Origin: an uncultured delta proteobacterium
Lineage (GTDB): Bacteria > Desulfobacterota > Syntrophia > Syntrophales > UBA2192
Assembly (NCBI GenBank): GCA_963705165.1
Contig: CAVPJD010000008.1
Span: 1 to 64,000, forward strand
Length of the DNA stretch: 64,000 nucleotides
Direction of reading: 5' to 3'
The position numbers were made by a program, and so were the translations under genes. The notes under the pieces are model-generated. The model ran no database searches. It had not been told where the DNA came from and saw only the letters and a list, made by a program, of their open reading frames with translations. Shown piece after piece: positions 59,239 to 64,000 of the stretch (position 1 is its first letter; each line of letters begins with the position of its first letter).

Positions 59239-60312
59239 ATGAGCATTGCCAAGGCCCTGCTGCCCATCGCGCTCATTACCCTTCTTGCGGCCTGCGGCGG
59301 CAAAGCCGTCCTGCCGCCGGTTGCCGACACGGTGCCCCTCATCCTGGCGCCGATATCGAACACGACAACGGCCGATGCGCGCGGGCGCTTCCGGGAAATC
59401 TACTGCGCCGTTCGCGAGGATCACGGCACATCGCTTCCCGATGACCGGCCCTGTGACGAGGCCCTCTGGAAACTGGCCGAGGAACCCGCGCCCTCTGGAC
59501 GGCCCGTCAACCTGGGGAAACCGCAGACCAACCTGAGGATCCTGGTGGTGCCCGGGCTCTTCAATGACTGCCTGGCCCACATGATCTCCGTGTTTTCCGA
59601 CGCCCTCGCCCACCTCGAAACACTCGGGTACAAGACGGGTTATCTTCCCGTCGACGGCCGTTCCGGCTGCGCACGCAATGCGCTCCAGATCCGGGACTAT
59701 CTTCTTTCTGCGGCCCTCGATCCCGGCGAGCAAGCCATCCTCGTCGGTTACTCCAAGGGGACCCCGGACATCCTGGAGGCCCTGGTCGAATATCCCGAGG
59801 TCCTTCCACGAGTTGCTGCCGTTGTGTCCGTCGCCGGTGCCGTGGGAGGCAGCCCCCTGGCCGATGAACTGGCTGATTTCTATCAGTCGATCCTGATGCA
59901 TGTCCCCGCCCCCCATTGCCCGGCAGGGGACGGCGGCGGCATCGAAAGCCTGAGGCCCCGCACGCGCCACCTCTGGCTGTCGAATCACCCGATTCCCGAA
60001 GGGGTTCGCTTCTACTCGCTGGCGAACTTTGCCGGCCGGGACGAGACCTCGTCGATCATGCGGCCGAAATACGATCACCTTGCCCGCATCGACTCCCGAA
60101 ATGACGGCTCGGTGATTTTCTACGACATGATCATCCCCGGGAGCACGCTCCTCGGCTATGCCCGGGCGGACCACCTGGCCGTCGCGATGCCCTTCAACCG
60201 CGCATGGCCGACGCTGTCGGCCGGCATCCTGGACCGCAACGCCTTCCCGCGGGAGGTTCTCCTCGAGGCCGCGATCCGTTTCGTCGAGGAGGACCTGCTC
60301 GCCGCCCGGTGA
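59239..60312 (+). CDS. Alpha/beta-hydrolase lipoprotein (lipase-like)
   Basis: LAAC lipobox; VPGL, GYSKG nucleophile elbow, GSPLAD, NDG, ADH. Confidence 0.85.
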   Translation: MSIAKALLPIALITLLAACGGKAVLPPVADTVPLILAPISNTTTADARGRFREIYCAVREDHGTSLPDDRPCDEALWKLAEEPAPSGRPVNLGKPQTNLRILVVPGLFNDCLAHMISVFSDALAHLETLGYKTGYLPVDGRSGCARNALQIRDYLLSAALDPGEQAILVGYSKGTPDILEALVEYPEVLPRVAAVVSVAGAVGGSPLADELADFYQSILMHVPAPHCPAGDGGGIESLRPRTRHLWLSNHPIPEGVRFYSLANFAGRDETSSIMRPKYDHLARIDSRNDGSVIFYDMIIPGSTLLGYARADHLAVAMPFNRAWPTLSAGILDRNAFPREVLLEAAIRFVEEDLLAAR

Positions 60313-60356
60313 ACAGCCGCCCGCAGCGCGTCCTGCATCCGCAAACACCCGCCCGG

Positions 60357-62387
60357 TCAATCCATCCCGACCGTTGCAGACGACCGGAAGAACCCGAGGC
60401 GCCGCCGCTCGCTCTCCGGGGTCCCGGGCTGCGTTTCTTCGGGAGTCAGTTCGTGGTCGAGCTTTGCCGCGATTGCGGCGCGACACGTCATGTACCCCTT
60501 GGCCCGCGGATCCTCGATATCGTCGAGCTGCCGCTCCACATCGTCCACGAATGCCGCCTTCTTGCGGTACAGCGCGATCGAGGCGGCGAGGTAGTCCCAC
60601 TTGGCATCACGGAGGGAGGCGGCGCAGTTGCGAACGGTTTCGTCGCCGCAGAAAGCGGGCGGGCGAATCTCCGAGAGTTCCTCCACCGTTGAGCCCATGT
60701 CGTCATAAAGCCCGATGATGACCCCGAGCAATGCGTCCTTGTAGGGATGCGCGGCTTCGTAATGTTTCAGCATGGCGTTGTAATTCGCTTCGAACTGTTC
60801 CGCCTCGTCTCCCTCCCGCTTGAAACCTTTGCCGAAATGCTCGTGAGGGTGCACGCCGCCGATGTGTTTCTGCCGGGCCCTGTCGTGAATCTCGGCCGGG
60901 TCGGTGGACTCGTCGATCTGCTCCGGATCGACAATCGCCAGATCGGCCATACCCCTGAGCAGCCACTCGACGAGAGAGCCCCTGGCTTGCTTCTGCGTCT
61001 CGACCTCGGCGATATTCTTCTGGGTCAGCTTCGCTACCGGAATGCCCGCCTGCCCGCAGGAGGGTCTCGTCCACGCGTCGAGCAGCTCCTGGTCGTTCTC
61101 AACGGGGGTGGCCGCCGACGGCAGGATCTCCCCGGTGACCCGGATCCGCCTTGCCTGCGGGTCGTAGGCAAAGGAAACCCGCCGGTAGGCCAGGGGCCAG
61201 TCGGACAGCGAGCTCACGTTGAGCTCCAGCAGGTCCCTGCCGCCGACGCGGTGAAGCGCCCAGAAGCCCGAGTGCGTGTGAGCCGAGATGTACACAAGCG
61301 GGTGATCGACGGATTCGAGGATGGGCTCGAGCCGCAGGCGCGTCCCCGGGCTGAGCATGGCCCAGGGGTGATGGCCGGCAAAGATGACCAACTCGCCGGC
61401 TTTTTGAGCTGCGCCGACCCACTGCGCGACAAACTTCGCCTGCCCTTCCATCACGAGTCCCACATCCCCGGGGCTCTCCCCCATCGCCGTGCTGAAAAAT
61501 CCGATGGCCACGTTGAGCTGGCTCGTGTCCATCGCGACGATCGTCGTGCGAAGCGGGGCCCCCGGCGCGGGGGGCAGGCGGAACTTGTGCAGGATGAAGG
61601 ACTGTGCGTAATCGCGTCCGTCGATGAGGTCGGCCTCGATCCTCTCGATGAATCCCTGCGGATCGGGGTTGACCCAGCTCACGGTCACGTGCCCGGAATC
61701 GGCGGGAACGGACAGGCCTTCCTGGGGCAGGTGCCCCGTCGAGAGGCGCCTGAGGTAGCCGGCGATGAAATTCCGCTTGCTGAGCCCGGGGCCCCTTCCA
61801 TTCCCACTCTTTTCTCCCTCCAGGCCCGTGCCGGGGCGGCATCCCCGTTGCCAGTCCAGGGCTTCCCCTTTGATATAAGACTCGAGGATGTCGTAGTTGA
61901 AGATCCCGAAGAGAAGCCCGTCATGATTCCCGGTGGTCAGGGCGATGGGTTGCCTGGCCTTTTCGAAGATCTTCTGCATCCTGCGATGCTCGGAGAGGCA
62001 GGACATGTCGATCACGTCCCCGAGATGGATCATTGGCTCGTCCGGGTGGTTCTCGATGGCCCATTCCAGGAGCCGCCGACCGAAAAGAGGCTGTTCGGGC
62101 GGGCGCTGGGCCACTTCGACATACGAATCCACCGCCCCGTCGCTCTGGAGCAGCGGAAAGCCCGTGGCCTCATGCTCCTGGGTGTCCCCCACGAGAATGA
62201 TGGGAAGTGTGAGGGGGAGATATTGCCCGAAGCGGTCGTCGGGGATTCGCACCGGGTTCTGGTCCTGGCCTGCGCACCCGGCGATCGCCAGGACGAGAAG
62301 AAGCGCCGCCAGCATCGGAAACACGAAAGCAGTTCCCGTCTGCAGGGATCGACGGGAGCAGCGTAAAAAGCGATGTCTCTGCGCCAT
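60357..62387 (-). CDS. Metallophosphoesterase lipoprotein
   Basis: IAGC lipobox; GD, GDVID, GNHD, GHHP, SAHTH motifs; start uncertain. Confidence 0.82.
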   Translation of the reverse strand: MAQRHRFLRCSRRSLQTGTAFVFPMLAALLLVLAIAGCAGQDQNPVRIPDDRFGQYLPLTLPIILVGDTQEHEATGFPLLQSDGAVDSYVEVAQRPPEQPLFGRRLLEWAIENHPDEPMIHLGDVIDMSCLSEHRRMQKIFEKARQPIALTTGNHDGLLFGIFNYDILESYIKGEALDWQRGCRPGTGLEGEKSGNGRGPGLSKRNFIAGYLRRLSTGHLPQEGLSVPADSGHVTVSWVNPDPQGFIERIEADLIDGRDYAQSFILHKFRLPPAPGAPLRTTIVAMDTSQLNVAIGFFSTAMGESPGDVGLVMEGQAKFVAQWVGAAQKAGELVIFAGHHPWAMLSPGTRLRLEPILESVDHPLVYISAHTHSGFWALHRVGGRDLLELNVSSLSDWPLAYRRVSFAYDPQARRIRVTGEILPSAATPVENDQELLDAWTRPSCGQAGIPVAKLTQKNIAEVETQKQARGSLVEWLLRGMADLAIVDPEQIDESTDPAEIHDRARQKHIGGVHPHEHFGKGFKREGDEAEQFEANYNAMLKHYEAAHPYKDALLGVIIGLYDDMGSTVEELSEIRPPAFCGDETVRNCAASLRDAKWDYLAASIALYRKKAAFVDDVERQLDDIEDPRAKGYMTCRAAIAAKLDHELTPEETQPGTPESERRRLGFFRSSATVGMD

Positions 62388-62529
62388 TTTCATGCACCTC
62401 CAGATCGGAATGCATTTCGTCGTGGACACGCTCAACAGGGGGTTTCTCGACGACCGCATCATGGGGGAAATAGGGTGATTTGCTGATTGCGGTTTTGCCT
62501 GTACGCTAAACCCGATACCCTTGACCCTG

Positions 62530-62967
62530 CTAAAACACCTGCCAGCCGCTAAACGTCCTGGCCATCTCGATCACACGGCTGTAAATCCGCTCCAGGGGTT
62601 TCCACTCCTCGGGAACGGCATAGCCCCAGCTCATGGGGAAGGTCGCCTCGCCCCCGCTGCCGGCCAGCGTGAGCTCGCGGACAAGTCCCTCGTTGCCCTT
62701 GTGCGGTTTCTTGTCGGTCAGCGGAGCCACCGAATCGGGCAGGGTGCTGAAAAGCGCCTTCCCGTCCTTGACGGGCACCTTGTATTTCTTGCGCTGACCG
62801 CCCCAGGAGAGCAACAGCTCGAACTCGTCCTCCTCAAACAGCGGCAGGTTGGCCCGGGTGAGCCGTATCTCCGCCACGGGACCGAGTTCCTTCAATCGAA
62901 CCCGGATCTCCGATGCTTCGAGCGCCTTCAGATCGATCTTGCCGGCTGGCTGCTTTCGACGGGCCAT
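62530..62967 (-). CDS. Hypothetical protein, 145 aa
   Basis: Open frame with G-rich RBS; no motif recognised. Confidence 0.65.
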   Translation of the reverse strand: MARRKQPAGKIDLKALEASEIRVRLKELGPVAEIRLTRANLPLFEEDEFELLLSWGGQRKKYKVPVKDGKALFSTLPDSVAPLTDKKPHKGNEGLVRELTLAGSGGEATFPMSWGYAVPEEWKPLERIYSRVIEMARTFSGWQVF

Positions 62968-63133
62968 ATCGAGACACCCCCCCCAGGGAAATGAATGGTC
63001 CGGAAATCAGGAAAGAACCCTACACAAAATCCCTATCACAGCTTGAGGAAGAATTGAAGGGTTCAGAACGATTTGAACATGATATGATATAAGATGATTT
63101 TGATGCCGCTGCCGCCAGGAGAGGATTGACGCC

Positions 63134-64000
63134 TTGAGTTCGTCCGGACGATTCGGTTATCTCTACGTTGCCCTGTCATCCTTGTTGTTTGCCATCTCGG
63201 GGACGGCCTCCAAGTTTCTCTTTCACCAGGGCGTCACGCCGTACCAACTTGTCCAGATCCGGACGGTGATCGCTTCGGCGGTCCTCCTGGCATGGCTTGC
63301 GGCCGCGAACCCCTCCGCCCTGAAGATCTCCCGGCAGAGCCTGCCCCGCTTCATCCTCCTGGGATTCGTGCTTGCGGCAACCATGTTCACCTACTTCTAC
63401 GCCATCAGCAAGATCCAGGTGGCTGCGGCGATTTTGCTCCAGTATCAGTCGCCGGTGCTTGTTGCCGCTTACGCTCTCGCCTTTTCCCGTGAACGCCACT
63501 CGACGGCAACCCTCGTGGCCATCGCGGGCTCCGGCCTCGGCTGCTACCTGGCCGTCGGCGCCTATACACTCGACCTGCTGAGCCTCAACAAGGCGGGGAT
63601 CATCGGGGGACTGAGCGCGGCGGCATTTCTGGCCTGCTATACCCTTCTGAGCGAGTCGGCCCTGCGTCGGTACAAGCCCTGGACGGTTCTCTTCTATGCG
63701 TCTCTCTTCTCTGCGGCAGCCTGCAACATCTTGCTGCCGCCCTTCGAAGGGCTGACCCGATCCTACAGCGCCATCCAGTGGTTCTGGATTCTGTTCATCA
63801 GCATCGCAGGCACGGCGGTTTCGCTGGGGCTCTACAACAAGGGCCTGCGCCTGATTCGGTCGACCCATGCCAGCGTCACTGCCACCCTGCAGCCGATCTC
63901 CGCCGCCGTGATCGCTTTTCTCTTCCTCGGCGAAATCATGATGCCCTGGCAGCTTGTCGGCGTCGGCCTTGTCGTCGCGTCCATCGTCGTGCTGCAGATC
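63134..64000 (+). CDS. EamA/DMT family transporter (runs off the window)
   Basis: Manual translation from TTG: GYLYVALSSLLFAISG, YFYAI..I.V..A.LLQY.SP, A.V.ATLQP.SA...AFLFLGE. Confidence 0.88.
   Translation, partial: MSSSGRFGYLYVALSSLLFAISGTASKFLFHQGVTPYQLVQIRTVIASAVLLAWLAAANPSALKISRQSLPRFILLGFVLAATMFTYFYAISKIQVAAAILLQYQSPVLVAAYALAFSRERHSTATLVAIAGSGLGCYLAVGAYTLDLLSLNKAGIIGGLSAAAFLACYTLLSESALRRYKPWTVLFYASLFSAAACNILLPPFEGLTRSYSAIQWFWILFISIAGTAVSLGLYNKGLRLIRSTHASVTATLQPISAAVIAFLFLGEIMMPWQLVGVGLVVASIVVLQI

Overview
GC-rich bacterial chromosomal segment. Gene content and style suggest an anaerobic Desulfobacterota/Syntrophales-like organism (inference). There are about 65 CDS and no rRNA, tRNA, CRISPR, integrase or transposase. 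Main contents: a Mla lipid-asymmetry operon (mlaE-mlaF-mlaD-mlaC-mlaA, no mlaB seen), type III glutamine synthetase, an ECF sigma/anti-sigma module, lexA, pxpABC with a TRAP transporter, a PA2779/C39-peptidase/TPR trio, threonine aldolase with a symporter, signalling proteins and a cluster of lipoprotein hydrolases. Highlights from reading the sequence: (1) two ORFs (11139-11357 and 10224-11111) are probably one selenoprotein, with an in-frame TGA inside a U-x-x-C-x-x-C motif, a SECIS-like hairpin, an MtrA-like corrinoid domain and DUF4346, downstream of a metal-efflux gene; (2) MlaF is fused to a degenerate GGDEF-like domain; (3) a three-site ECF promoter motif TGTCAAC-N16-CGTT; (4) a decayed amtB fragment between a sigma-54 promoter and glnA; (5) several sigma-28-type promoters; (6) more than 20 intergenic loci of diverse 7-8-mer tandem arrays, often as inverted pairs. 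Several genes carry small frameshifts that look like assembly errors. Family assignments come from motif recognition, not database searches.
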